Program-made: the position numbers and the translations under genes
Shown: positions 53,902 through 63,556 of the stretch, one piece after another
Numbering within the stretch: position 1 is the stretch's first letter
How the letters are laid out: each line of letters starts with the position of its first letter
Source of the DNA: Deltaproteobacteria bacterium
Lineage (GTDB): Bacteria; Myxococcota_A; UBA9160; SMWR01
Direction: 5' to 3'
DNA: 64,000 bases
Assembly: GCA_032128115.1 (NCBI GenBank)
Contig: JAQBHB010000036.1
Span: forward strand, 1 to 64,000
The notes under the pieces: model-generated
Seen by the model: only the letters and a program-made list of their open reading frames with translations
Databases searched by the model: none
Told to the model about the DNA's origin: nothing

Positions 53902-54705
53902 TCAAAGCCCTTTTTCGAGTTGTCGAATCGTGAACTGGCTCTCCGCCAGGTCCTGGTTGAAGCGAACATTATCGGCCTTGATCACGGTCTTGTGCAGGGT
54001 GGCCTTGCCCTTCTTGGTGGTCATCTCCATCTCGGTGGGGACCCAGATACCGTCGATCTTCTCCAGCTTCTTCACATCCAGATACTTCTCGCGATTGCCC
54101 TTCTTCACCCAGTTCTTGGATCGGACGACCACGTCGTTGTCCTGGCGCACGAAGAAGATCGACTTGGTGTAGCCGGTTTCGTCGATCTCCTTCTCCGTAT
54201 TGGGGATCGCTTCCACGATCCAGATCTTGTGGCCATCCAGCTCGGTCTCTTTGATCAGGCGGTAATCGTAGCGGTCGAGCTCACGGGAGGTCATGTCGGC
54301 GTAGGTGAAGTCCGAGCCCATGAAGCTGCCGCTCTTGTCGCTACTGGCGATTCGTTTGGTCTTCTTCAGGGCGGGCAGATACAGCCACTGGTCGTCGTCC
54401 GCGTCCGCGTCGTCGTAATCGAATGTGAGGAATCCGGTGTCCTTCACGTCAGCGGGCGACTGGAAGAACATGATCGTCTCGGTGTCTTCTCCCTTGTCGC
54501 GGCGATAGGAGCGGATTTCGCGTTCGCGGCGACTGCCGTTCTTGTCGATCAGCGTCATCGCCATGTCCTGGATGGCGTTGTCGCCGTCATCGCGGGCGTC
54601 CACGCGCTCCATGATCTCACGTCCCGTGGGTTCCGCGGCGGCGGGAGCCGAAAGCAGCAGGGCCAGGGCGCTCGACAGGATCGCAACGAGGGTGTGCCGT
54701 CTCAT
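53902..54705 (-). CDS. Periplasmic LolA-like outer-membrane lipoprotein-sorting family protein
   Basis: Signal peptide; PADVKDTGFL, DDQWLYLPALKKTKRI, SFMGSDFTYAD. Confidence 0.88.
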   Translation of the reverse strand: MRRHTLVAILSSALALLLSAPAAAEPTGREIMERVDARDDGDNAIQDMAMTLIDKNGSRREREIRSYRRDKGEDTETIMFFQSPADVKDTGFLTFDYDDADADDDQWLYLPALKKTKRIASSDKSGSFMGSDFTYADMTSRELDRYDYRLIKETELDGHKIWIVEAIPNTEKEIDETGYTKSIFFVRQDNDVVVRSKNWVKKGNREKYLDVKKLEKIDGIWVPTEMEMTTKKGKATLHKTVIKADNVRFNQDLAESQFTIRQLEKGL

Positions 54706-57107
54706 CCGGTGGTCTCCGTACTCATGTGGGAAAGGGGTCGCGGGCGCGCAACCAGGGTGATCAGCGCCGGCGACAGCAGCACGTCGGCGAGGAAGGCGAT
54801 GACGATGGTGAAGGCCGTCAGCAGGCCGAACTGCAGCAGGATTCTCATGGAGGCGAAGGCGTAGACCAGGAAGCCCGTGGAGAGCACCAGGCTCGTGAAG
54901 AGCAGGGCCTGACCGGTGGACGAGAGGGTTTCTCGCACTGCGCTTCGAATATCTCCGCTGCGCTCGTAGTAGCGCCTGAAATTGTGCATGAAGTGGATCG
55001 TGTCGTCCACGGCGAGGCCGATGGCGATGCTCCCGATCAGGAGCGTGAAGGCGTCCAGGGGCAGTCCGAACCAACCCATCAGCCCGATCGTCACCAGGAT
55101 GGGCGCCAGGTTCGGAACCATGCTCAACAACCCGATCCGCAGGTTTCCGATCAGGAGGATCATGAGCGGCGTGATGATCAGGAAGGCCAGGACGTAGGTC
55201 TTGGCCATGCTGTACATCACGGCCTTGATGGTGCGACCCAGGATGCTCATGATTCCGGTGGCGGTGACCTGGTAGCTGTCGGGCAGGATCTGGCTGTACC
55301 CCGCCTGGAGCAGATCGATGAAGTCGCCGTAGTCGATGGCGTCGACGAAGGGCAATTTGATGGTGAACCGGGCCACCTGGAAGCGCGAGTCCACCAGGTC
55401 TTCCAGATCGTCGGACCCGCTGTTTTCGAAGAGCAGCAGCTCCTGGGCCACCAGCAGGCGATCGTCGGGAATGGCGTAGAAGTCGCTCCGGTTCTCGTTC
55501 AGGGCCTGGTGGATCTCCTTGACCACGTCGGCCACGGAGACGGTCTTGCCCACGTGCACCTTGTTCAGCCGCGCGTCTTCGGAGAAGCGACGCATCTCGT
55601 CCAGGCGATTCAGGGCCGCGGGCTCGTGCAGTCCGTTCTCGACGCCCGTATCCACCAGGATCTCCAGGAACATGGATCCCGCAAGGCGGTCGTTGATGAC
55701 GTCGCTGGAGACCCGGAAGTAGTCGTCCCGCGGAAACCACTCGAGCGGTGCGTGGGAGAAACGCAACTGGGCCGCGCCCACGGCACAGAAGGCCAGGATG
55801 CAGGCGCTTACCAGCACCACGGCTCCCGGGTGTTGCGTGGCGAAGTCGCCCGCGCGCACCAGCCAGCGCTGGGTCACCTGGGGCGCCGGGTCGGCCGTCC
55901 GGGCCGCCCCCATGGGCACCACCGAGATCAGGGCGGGCAGCAGCACCACCGTCATCAGGAGCGACATCATCACGCCCACCGGGGCGAAGATCCCGAACTC
56001 GGCGATGGGACCCAGCTCGGCGCTCGCGAAGGAGATCAGGCCCCCGGCCGTGGTGAGACTCGTCATCACGATGGGGAGCCCCGAGTGGCCCAGGGCCCCG
56101 GCGATGGCCTCCTTCTTGGCGTGTCCGGCGCGCCGGCGCTGATAGAAGATCACCAGTACGTGCACGGCGTTTCCGACACCCACGGCCAGCAGGAACGAGG
56201 GCAGGATCTGGGTCGGGAGCGCCAGTTCCACACCGGCGGCCGCCATGATCGAGAGGGTCGAGAGCAGAGACAAGATCACGATCAAGAGCGGCAGGGCGAC
56301 GGCCGCTGGGCGGCGGAACAACAGGAAGAGCAGGGCGCCGATGGCGACGATGGCCAGCAACGTGAAACGGGACATGTCGCGCCGCATGGAGTTCTGAAGG
56401 GCGTCGGTGAGAACCGGGGCCCCGGCCATGTGGATGCGGAAATCCGGCGCGTCGTAGCGCTTCACCACCGCGTTGATGGCGGTGACGATTTCGTGGTTCT
56501 CCGCGCCGGTGATGAACGGGAGGGGTGCGGCGTCTGCATCGTCGTCGAACCCGGCCAGGTCGTCATCCACGCCGATCGAGGTGTAGGCGTCGGTCTCGAT
56601 GGTGAAGGTCGTGATGCGGCCATCTTTCGAGAGGAGCAGGTTCGTGTACAGGGGATTCGAGAGGGCGCGCAGTTTCGCCGTGGCCAGCTGCTCGGGGGTC
56701 TCGGGCCACTCCTCGAGGAGATCGCCCACGATCAGCTCGTTCTCCTCGCCGCGGGTGAGCCGCGCGTTGACGAGGCTGGTCACCTCCACGAGCTTGGGAA
56801 CCTGGTTCTCGATGTCGCTGTGCATCGCGCGCAGCTTCTCGAGGAACACCAGGTCGAAGATCTCCGGCGTCTCTACCGACAGCAGGATGGCGTCGTCGCG
56901 ACCGAACTGCTGGCGGAAGGCGTCGTAGGTGAGGCGCACCGGGTCGTCTTCCTTCAGGAAGCCCTCCGTCGAGGTATCGATCGCGATCTTCGGAAGCTGG
57001 GTGAGCAAGCCGGCCACGACGATCAGAACGATTCCGATGGTCTGCCAGGCGTGTTCGTACGCGAAACGCCCCCAGCGCGAGAGTTCGCTCTCGAAACGTT
57101 CCCTCAC
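54702..57107 (-). CDS. MMPL/RND-family transporter (copy 1)
   Basis: VGVGNAVH, TSLTTAGG, LAVDDTIH; overlaps both neighbours by 4 nt. Confidence 0.92.
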   Translation of the reverse strand: MRERFESELSRWGRFAYEHAWQTIGIVLIVVAGLLTQLPKIAIDTSTEGFLKEDDPVRLTYDAFRQQFGRDDAILLSVETPEIFDLVFLEKLRAMHSDIENQVPKLVEVTSLVNARLTRGEENELIVGDLLEEWPETPEQLATAKLRALSNPLYTNLLLSKDGRITTFTIETDAYTSIGVDDDLAGFDDDADAAPLPFITGAENHEIVTAINAVVKRYDAPDFRIHMAGAPVLTDALQNSMRRDMSRFTLLAIVAIGALLFLLFRRPAAVALPLLIVILSLLSTLSIMAAAGVELALPTQILPSFLLAVGVGNAVHVLVIFYQRRRAGHAKKEAIAGALGHSGLPIVMTSLTTAGGLISFASAELGPIAEFGIFAPVGVMMSLLMTVVLLPALISVVPMGAARTADPAPQVTQRWLVRAGDFATQHPGAVVLVSACILAFCAVGAAQLRFSHAPLEWFPRDDYFRVSSDVINDRLAGSMFLEILVDTGVENGLHEPAALNRLDEMRRFSEDARLNKVHVGKTVSVADVVKEIHQALNENRSDFYAIPDDRLLVAQELLLFENSGSDDLEDLVDSRFQVARFTIKLPFVDAIDYGDFIDLLQAGYSQILPDSYQVTATGIMSILGRTIKAVMYSMAKTYVLAFLIITPLMILLIGNLRIGLLSMVPNLAPILVTIGLMGWFGLPLDAFTLLIGSIAIGLAVDDTIHFMHNFRRYYERSGDIRSAVRETLSSTGQALLFTSLVLSTGFLVYAFASMRILLQFGLLTAFTIVIAFLADVLLSPALITLVARPRPLSHMSTETTG

Positions 57108-57790
57108 GCTTCCGCTCCCCTGCGAGCGCGCGGTTCAGTGATCCCGTGCAGCACGAGCTCGGAAACAGCACGGGTGAATTCTTCGATGTGCTCGGGCGTG
57201 ATCTCGCGCAGGTCGAACATGCGGCGAACCACCGGGGCTGCCAGGAAGAACCACAGGCACATCCCGGCCAGTGCGGGCACGAAGTACATGGGGTCGACGC
57301 GCCGGAACTCGCCCGCCTCGAAGCCGTCATGCAGTACGGCCTGGATGGCCGCCAGATTCGGGCGTCCGAACTGCTCGACGAATCCCTCGATCACGTCGTC
57401 CTCGGCGAACAGGATCTGCTCGGCCGCCAGGCGTGGGAAGTAGGGGTCATCCTTGAAGCCGGCGATCCAGCTCTCGATCAGGCCCTGCACGCGTTCTCCG
57501 GCACTTCCGCCGCCGCGGCTGGCCTGCTGGATGCGTTCGATCCCCTCGCTGGCGACCTCCAGTATCACGGCGCGCAGCAGCCCCTGCTTGCCGCCGAAGT
57601 AGTAGTTCACCAGTGCGGGCATCACCCCGGCCCGCTCGGCCACCTCGCGCGCGGTGACGAGCGGGTAGCCCTTTTCCGCCATCAAGAACCGGGCCGCCTG
57701 CAGCAGGGCGCGGCGCCCCTCACCCGTTCGGGAACCGGCGGGCCGCCCGGGTCCGCGACGTTCGGGAGATTCGGTGCCAGAGCGAGGCAT
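57104..57790 (-). CDS. TetR/AcrR-family regulator
   Basis: VTAREVAERAGVMPALVNYYFGGK. Confidence 0.92.
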   Translation of the reverse strand: MPRSGTESPERRGPGRPAGSRTGEGRRALLQAARFLMAEKGYPLVTAREVAERAGVMPALVNYYFGGKQGLLRAVILEVASEGIERIQQASRGGGSAGERVQGLIESWIAGFKDDPYFPRLAAEQILFAEDDVIEGFVEQFGRPNLAAIQAVLHDGFEAGEFRRVDPMYFVPALAGMCLWFFLAAPVVRRMFDLREITPEHIEEFTRAVSELVLHGITEPRARRGAEA

Positions 57791-57826
57791 TAAATTTATT
57801 GTATGTTCATTTATTAATTACAACAA
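57791..57826 (-). promoter_or_regulatory. AT-rich sigma-70 promoter (leaderless) of the tetR-MMPL operon
   Basis: TTGTTG-17 nt-TACAAT-7 nt-ATG; AATAAAT occurs twice. Confidence 0.7.
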
Positions 57827-57870
57827 GAGAACTCTGGGGAAATCGGGTGCTCTCACCTAACGTGCCGGAG

Positions 57871-58317
57871 ATGCGGGGCTTTTCTTGCCTGGGCGCCGCC
57901 CTGGCCAGCGGTCTGGTGGGGCTCGCCTGTGCCACCCAGCCGGAGATTGGCGTGGAGATCGGCCTGGCCTCGGTGCGGTCGGTCGAGGCGGTGGTCATGG
58001 ATTCGATCCCCAAGAATGTTCTCGTGATCGTGCGGGGCCGCCTGCCCAACGCCTGCACCCGCCTGGGGAGGCCTCGTCGCGAGCGTTTCGCCGGCCGTTT
58101 CGAGTACACCCTGCCGATTCGACGCGACCCTACCGAGCCGTGTGCCCAGGCGATCCAGGAATTTGAAACCAGTTTCCGGATCGCGGCCCACGATCTGGAG
58201 GAGCGCCTCTACCGGGTGTCGGTGAACGGGGTGAAGGACGACTTTTCGATCCTGATCGAGCCGGGCACTGAGGATTTCTACCGGGATGAGGGCCTCGGAG
58301 AGTTCGATCCGCCTTGA
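57871..58317 (+). CDS. Hypothetical lipoprotein
   Basis: LVGLA-C lipobox; paired Cys (NACT, PCAQ). Confidence 0.65.
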   Translation: MRGFSCLGAALASGLVGLACATQPEIGVEIGLASVRSVEAVVMDSIPKNVLVIVRGRLPNACTRLGRPRRERFAGRFEYTLPIRRDPTEPCAQAIQEFETSFRIAAHDLEERLYRVSVNGVKDDFSILIEPGTEDFYRDEGLGEFDPP

Positions 58318-58377
58318 CCGCCTGCCGATCGCGGCGCACCATCGGTCGTGCCCCCCGACAACCTCGAGGGACTCGCC

Positions 58378-58710
58378 ATGAACCGTCACTCGCTCCGACG
58401 TCAGGCGCTCGTGCTCGTAGCCGTGTGCGTCCTGCTCCCCCTTCCCGTTCACGCCGGGCACGACGACGCTCCGAGCCTCCTGAGTGAGGGCGGGTCCGGA
58501 ACCGGCGCTGCGCTCGCGAGCCTGGTGTACGCGCCTCTCAAGCTGGCCTATGCGGCCGGTGGGCTCGTAATCGCGGGGATCACCTGGGCATGGACGGCGG
58601 GTGACACCAACGTGTCTGGACCGATCTATCGAAGCTCGGTGGGCGGCGACTACGTCATCACTCCCGATCAGTTGTTGCGCGAAGAACCTCTCAGCTTCGC
58701 CGGCCAATGA
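58378..58710 (+). CDS. Hypothetical exported/membrane protein
   Basis: GAGG RBS, signal peptide, hydrophobic LVYAPLKLAYA segment. Confidence 0.65.
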   Translation: MNRHSLRRQALVLVAVCVLLPLPVHAGHDDAPSLLSEGGSGTGAALASLVYAPLKLAYAAGGLVIAGITWAWTAGDTNVSGPIYRSSVGGDYVITPDQLLREEPLSFAGQ

Positions 58711-58731
58711 CCCGCGATCGCGGCGCAGGCG

Positions 58732-59331
58732 CTACACCGGGGCGCCGCCGTGTGTTTCTTCCAGGTGTGCCGTGCACGCCAGCAACTGCACACGCCAGGG
58801 TGGAGACGCCTCCACGATCGTGAGCGCCGTGTTCGGGAAGCCCGTCACCTCCGGATCCAGCACGCCTGCCCCCAAGTGTCGCGACACGAGGGAATGGCAT
58901 ACGAGGCCGTGGGTCACCACCGCCAGGTTCCCGCGCGTTCCGGACGCGATTTCACGGATCCGATCCCAGGCCGTATCCACGCGTCGATGAAAGACCTCCC
59001 AGCTCTCGCCGCCAGGTGGCACGAACTGCGGCCCGAAGGGATCCTGGGCCAGTTCCGCGTACGGCCTGCCCCGCAGGTCTCCGAAGTTGCGCTCCTGCAG
59101 AAGCGGCTCGAACTCGAGTTGAACACCCGTCGATGCACGCAGCGCCTCCGACGTCATGACGGCGCGGGAGAGGTCGCTGGAGAGAATGTGCGCCACGCCC
59201 TCGTCCCGCAATCGCCGGGCCAGGCGTTGCGCTTGCTCGCGGCCCCGGTCACTCAGAGGCGTGCCGGGGGTCTGAAGCACCCGCGCCGCGTTGGACGGCG
59301 TTTCAGCGTGGCGGATCAGGAGGATCGCCAC
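58732..59331 (-). CDS. Histidine phosphatase family protein
   Basis: LIRHAET, SSDLSRA, ERNFG, PGGES, VTHG. Confidence 0.9.
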   Translation of the reverse strand: MAILLIRHAETPSNAARVLQTPGTPLSDRGREQAQRLARRLRDEGVAHILSSDLSRAVMTSEALRASTGVQLEFEPLLQERNFGDLRGRPYAELAQDPFGPQFVPPGGESWEVFHRRVDTAWDRIREIASGTRGNLAVVTHGLVCHSLVSRHLGAGVLDPEVTGFPNTALTIVEASPPWRVQLLACTAHLEETHGGAPV

Positions 59332-59339
59332 GCTCGCGT

Positions 59340-59708
59340 CTAGCTCGCCTGCTTCGTGAACATCGCCATGTCGAAGTAATCACGCCAGGCGGTGATCTGG
59401 CCCTCGGAGTTCACCTCGAAGGCGCCCATCACCGGAAGCTCTACCGGCTTGCCGTTCAGCACGAAGCGATCCAATCGCTCCGTGTAGACGGTGTTTCCGC
59501 TGCTGGCGATTCCGCGCAGTTCGAACTCCGCCTCGCTCGCTGGCGACAGGAACTGACCCAGAATGGCCCGAATCGCGTCGTGGCCCACGACCGGGGCAAT
59601 CGGAATGTTGTGGTAGACCGCGTCGCTGCTGAAGAAGCCCAGCAACTCCTCCAGGTCACGCCGCGGAATGGCCGTGCAGAAATCTCGAACGACTTTTTCG
59701 GGTTCCAT
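59340..59708 (-). CDS. Limonene-1,2-epoxide hydrolase family (NTF2 fold)
   Basis: YHNIP, TERLD, WRDYFD. Confidence 0.9.
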   Translation of the reverse strand: MEPEKVVRDFCTAIPRRDLEELLGFFSSDAVYHNIPIAPVVGHDAIRAILGQFLSPASEAEFELRGIASSGNTVYTERLDRFVLNGKPVELPVMGAFEVNSEGQITAWRDYFDMAMFTKQAS

Positions 59709-59719
59709 GCGGCCAGTCT

Positions 59720-59758
59720 ATCAGGAAGCGGCGCGGACCATCAGGAAGCGGCGCGGAC
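59720..59758. repeat. 20-bp-period tandem duplication spanning a stop codon
   Basis: ATCAGGAAGCGGCGCGGAC at 59720 and 59740. Confidence 0.9.
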
Positions 59759-60352
59759 GAGGAAGGCGGCGTAGATTCGCGTGAGGGCCCGGTTCATGGC
59801 GCGCACCGAGGCTTCGACGCTCTCGTCGCTGGCCCGCTCCTCCTCGTAGAAGGTCTCCAACACCGCCAGGTCGCGCTGCGGCATGCGCACCACCACCAGC
59901 TCCAGCTCCACGCGCACCCGGGGTGGATTCTCTCCGAGAATCCGCTCGAGACGCAGGATCCGGCCGCCCAGGAGGTAGTCGGCGTCGATCCGCATTTCGG
60001 GGGTCACCACCTGGGGAGCGGCGCCCGCGGCGCGCAGGTAGCGCGCCAGTTCGAGCTGGGCCATCCGCGTCGGCGGCTCGACCCAGCGGTGATACGAATG
60101 CCGCAGCAGTTCCGGCGAATCTTCGCCGTCCCGGTAGACCAGCGGACGCTCTCCCGCCAGGGCATCCGCCTGGAACAGGTCCACCTCCAGCGTACCCGGG
60201 AACACGGGAGCCGCCCGCGGGCTCGCCGGGGGGCTGATCTGGAGCCGGTAGAAGTGATCGCGGGGGGCGGGGGGCGCTACACAGCCCAGCGCGACCAGGG
60301 CCGTGGCCCCCGCCCGACGCAAGGCCCCGGCGGCACGACCCCGGCTCATCAC
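59741..60352 (-). CDS. PqiC-like ABC transport auxiliary lipoprotein
   Basis: ALG-C lipobox; FYRL; LVYR; YHRWVEPP. Confidence 0.82.
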   Translation of the reverse strand: MMSRGRAAGALRRAGATALVALGCVAPPAPRDHFYRLQISPPASPRAAPVFPGTLEVDLFQADALAGERPLVYRDGEDSPELLRHSYHRWVEPPTRMAQLELARYLRAAGAAPQVVTPEMRIDADYLLGGRILRLERILGENPPRVRVELELVVVRMPQRDLAVLETFYEEERASDESVEASVRAMNRALTRIYAAFLVRAAS

Positions 60353-61143
60353 TCACCCGTCCCGGCGTCGGGATCGGTGGACCGCCCTCGCAGCAGCAGA
60401 CTCGGATCGCGGCGGATCTGGTTGCTGAACTCCGCCAGGTTGCGGGCGGTGGCGTCCAGATTGCGGCTCACCGCATCGATGTGTCGCGCCACGGCCTCGA
60501 GGGAATGGTGCAGGTCATCGACGGAGTGGTCCAGGCTGCCCTGGTTGCGTGCCAGGAGTCCATTGGCCTGGGTGAGCAGCTGGTCGAGCTGTCCGCGTGT
60601 GGTATCCAGGTCGCCGGTAGCGGCGGCCAGGTTGTTCACGATCTCCGGCACACCTTCGGCCAGGCTATCCACCAGAGGCCGGATGCTTTCCTGCAGCAAC
60701 GTCTCGATGTCGTCCGCGATCTTCGAAACGGCTGCCAACAGGTTCGGCGCCTCGCCGCCAGGGATCTCGCCGCCGGGTTGGATCGCCGATGCCGAGGATC
60801 CCGCCCGGATGTCGATTCCCACGGCGGAGAGCAATCCCCCGGCACTGATGCGGGCCTCGCTGTCCGACGGAATCCGCCACCCGCGGCGCACGCCCACTTC
60901 CACGCGGAAGCGCTGTTCTCCCCCGGGTGCTGCGGGTGCGATGCTCTCGATCAAGCCCACGGGATAGCCCTCGAAGAGCACCTCGCTGCCCGCGGCCAGC
61001 CCCATCACGTTGCCGTAGTGGATGTAATAGTGGTCGGTCGCGCCGGTGCGCCCGGTGAGCACCGCCAGCCACACCACCAGGGCGATGACCATGGCCAGCA
61101 CGAAGCTTCCGACCATCACGTAGTTTCGCCGGTCGTCAGTCAC
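60349..61143 (-). CDS. mlaD: MCE/MlaD-family protein with helical extension
   Basis: VGSFVL TM; GLAAGSEVLFEGYPVG; GGLL; PSLLLRG. Confidence 0.88.
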   Translation of the reverse strand: MTDDRRNYVMVGSFVLAMVIALVVWLAVLTGRTGATDHYYIHYGNVMGLAAGSEVLFEGYPVGLIESIAPAAPGGEQRFRVEVGVRRGWRIPSDSEARISAGGLLSAVGIDIRAGSSASAIQPGGEIPGGEAPNLLAAVSKIADDIETLLQESIRPLVDSLAEGVPEIVNNLAAATGDLDTTRGQLDQLLTQANGLLARNQGSLDHSVDDLHHSLEAVARHIDAVSRNLDATARNLAEFSNQIRRDPSLLLRGRSTDPDAGTGE

Positions 61144-61963
61144 GGTTGCGGCTCCCGCCGGTCAGACGCGCGAGATATTCATCCGGGTCCAGGGTCTCTT
61201 CCACGAAGTGACGACTCAGCAGGTTGTGGATCCTCGGGTTGTCGCTGTTCCGAACCGCCTCGGCGCTGTCCAGGGCGAGGAGTTCTCCCTTGTCGAGCAC
61301 GGCGATGCGGTCGGCGATTCGGAAGGCGCTGTCGAGATCGTGGGTCACCACCACGATGGTCATGCCCAGGGCATCGCGCAGGCGCAGGATCAGTTCGTCC
61401 AGCCCGGCGGCCACCACCGGATCGAGGCCTGCCGAGGGCTCGTCGCAGAACAGCAGCGTCGGATCCATGATGATCGCCCGCGCGAATGCCGCGCGCTTGA
61501 TCATTCCGCCGGAGAGTTCCGAGGGCATCAGGTCTTCGAAGCCCGCGAGACTCACGATCTCCAGCTTGAGCCGCAGCATGATCTCCATGGTGTCGGCGTC
61601 CAGGTTGGTGTGTTCCCGGAGGGGCAGCTTGATGTTGTCGCCCAGATTCATGGAGCTGAAGAGCGCGCCGCCCTGGAAGGCCACGCCGATCTTCTTGTAG
61701 ATCTCGTACTGGCCCAGATCGTCCAGCTCGCCCAGCAGCTTGCCCAGCAACCGGATCGAGCCCGAGCTGGCACGCTCCAGGCCCAGCAGATGCCGGAGCA
61801 GCGTGCTCTTGCCCGAGCCGCTGCCGCCCATGATCACCATGATCTCGCCCGGCAGAACCGTCAGGCTCACATCGTGGAGGATCTCGCGCTCGCCGTAATG
61901 GGCGACCAGGTTGTCCACCTGGATCACCGGGGTGCTGGCATTCTGGGGGGACGCTGCGCGCAT
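61136..61963 (-). CDS. mlaF: MlaF/Ttg2A-type ABC ATPase
   Basis: GGSGSGKS, FQGGALF, PSELSGGM, DEPSAGLDP, VVTHD. Confidence 0.92.
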   Translation of the reverse strand: MRAASPQNASTPVIQVDNLVAHYGEREILHDVSLTVLPGEIMVIMGGSGSGKSTLLRHLLGLERASSGSIRLLGKLLGELDDLGQYEIYKKIGVAFQGGALFSSMNLGDNIKLPLREHTNLDADTMEIMLRLKLEIVSLAGFEDLMPSELSGGMIKRAAFARAIIMDPTLLFCDEPSAGLDPVVAAGLDELILRLRDALGMTIVVVTHDLDSAFRIADRIAVLDKGELLALDSAEAVRNSDNPRIHNLLSRHFVEETLDPDEYLARLTGGSRNRD

Positions 61964-61964
61964 G

Positions 61965-62783
61965 TCAGCGGGTGGTGATGAACACGAATATCATGTCCGT
62001 GAGAACGATGGCGGTGATCGCTTGCACCACGGATCGGGTCGTGGCGGCGCCCACCCCCTCGGCGCCCCCTCGAACCCGCGCGCCGTTGGCGACGCCGATG
62101 ATCGTGATGAGGATCGCGAACAGGACGCTCTTGGTGAGGCCCCGCATCACGTCCTCGGCGTGCAGGTACCGGAGAGCCTGGTCCACGTACGCAGTGAAAG
62201 TCGATCCCAGGTCCGCCGACACGTAGAGCCCCGCTCCAAAGAGCGCCACCAGGTCGGCCCACAGCGTGAGCGCCGGGAGCATCACGACCATGGCGATCAG
62301 GCTGGGCACTACCAGGAAGCGCACCGGGTTGATGCCCATCACCCGCAGTGCGTCGACTTCGTTGCTGATGGTCATGGTTCCCAGGCGCGCAGCCAGGGCC
62401 GATCCCGAGCGCCCGGCCACCAGGATCCCGGTGATCAGAGGTGCGAACTCGCGGGTCACCGAAAGGGCAACCCCCAATACCACCTGGTGCTGGGCGCCGA
62501 ACGGCTCCAGGGCGTCGATGCCCTGGATCGCCAACATGAGTCCGATGGTGAACGAGAGCAGGGTGGCGATGGGCAGCGCATGGATTCCCACCTGCATCAT
62601 CTCGGCGAAAGCGGGGGCCGCGCGCACCGGCTGGTGCCGCCGCCGGCCGAGCACCAGCCAGTACAGCGATTGCCCCAGGAGGCTGGCGCCGAAGCCCAGG
62701 GTCTCGAGACCGCGGGCGGTGCTCCGGCCGATGCTCTCCAGCAGCCCCGGCGGGGAAGAGGCGGTGTCACTCGCCTCCGGCAT
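61965..62783 (-). CDS. mlaE: MlaE-family permease
   Basis: REFAPLITGILVAGRSGS, EVDALRVMGINP, GGAEGVGAATT. Confidence 0.92.
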   Translation of the reverse strand: MPEASDTASSPPGLLESIGRSTARGLETLGFGASLLGQSLYWLVLGRRRHQPVRAAPAFAEMMQVGIHALPIATLLSFTIGLMLAIQGIDALEPFGAQHQVVLGVALSVTREFAPLITGILVAGRSGSALAARLGTMTISNEVDALRVMGINPVRFLVVPSLIAMVVMLPALTLWADLVALFGAGLYVSADLGSTFTAYVDQALRYLHAEDVMRGLTKSVLFAILITIIGVANGARVRGGAEGVGAATTRSVVQAITAIVLTDMIFVFITTR

Positions 62784-63102
62784 CGAGCCCTTCGGGCAGC
62801 CTGTCGTGAATCGTGAACAGCTCGTCGAGCCGCGCCAGTTCGAGCACCCGCATGGCCGCGCTGCCCACCGATACCAGCGCGAATTTGGTGCCGTTGCGCC
62901 GGGCCGCCTGGAACGCCTCGATGAGGCTGGCCACTCCCGAGCTGTCGATGTAGTTCACGTCCGAGAGGTCGACCCAGACGTCTTGCTTGCGTCCCACGGA
63001 CTCCAGCAGGATCTGCCGCGCTCGCGGGGATTGCTCGAGATCCACGTCCCCCTGTAGGCAAACCACGATCCCGATCGAGACATCCCTTACCGAGTGCCGC
63101 AC
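62767..63102 (-). CDS. STAS protein, anti-sigma-antagonist (RsbV/SpoIIAA) type
   Basis: LQGDVD, VDLSDVNYIDSSG with phosphoacceptor Ser. Confidence 0.9.
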   Translation of the reverse strand: MRHSVRDVSIGIVVCLQGDVDLEQSPRARQILLESVGRKQDVWVDLSDVNYIDSSGVASLIEAFQAARRNGTKFALVSVGSAAMRVLELARLDELFTIHDRLPEGLDAGGE

Positions 63103-63127
63103 TGTGTCCTCCCGCTCCGGGCCTGGG

Positions 63128-63556
63128 TCATTCGATCCGCTTCACCATTCTAAACAAGTTGCCGGGCTCGGCGTCGGTATTCACGAATTCGGCCCGGTCC
63201 ATCACCGACCGGATCAGATGGGTTCCCAACCCGCCCGGGCGCAGGTCGTCCAGGTCGCGCGGCTTCACCTGCGCCGGATCCACCTTGGGAGCGAAATCGC
63301 GCAGGGAGAAGATGAGCTCGTCGCCCCGACGATCCACGTGGAGCTGGATCTCCCCGCCGGGAAGCCCGCCGTAGGCGTGGCGGATCACGTTCTGGCAGGC
63401 CTCGTCCACGGCCATCACCACATCGGTGACGCACCCGTCGCCGGCGCCGCTCCCGACGATGCAGGCGCGGACCGCGTCGCGAACCTCGCACAGCTGGTCG
63501 GCCTGGGCCGGGAATCGCAGGTCCAGCAGACGCTCCGGCGCCGCAGCTTCGGTCAC
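63128..63556 (-). CDS. RsbW/SpoIIAB-like Ser kinase
   Basis: AVDEACQNVIRHAY, LRD, GGLGTHLIRSVMD; GTGA overlap with the upstream gene. Confidence 0.9.
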   Translation of the reverse strand: MTEAAAPERLLDLRFPAQADQLCEVRDAVRACIVGSGAGDGCVTDVVMAVDEACQNVIRHAYGGLPGGEIQLHVDRRGDELIFSLRDFAPKVDPAQVKPRDLDDLRPGGLGTHLIRSVMDRAEFVNTDAEPGNLFRMVKRIE

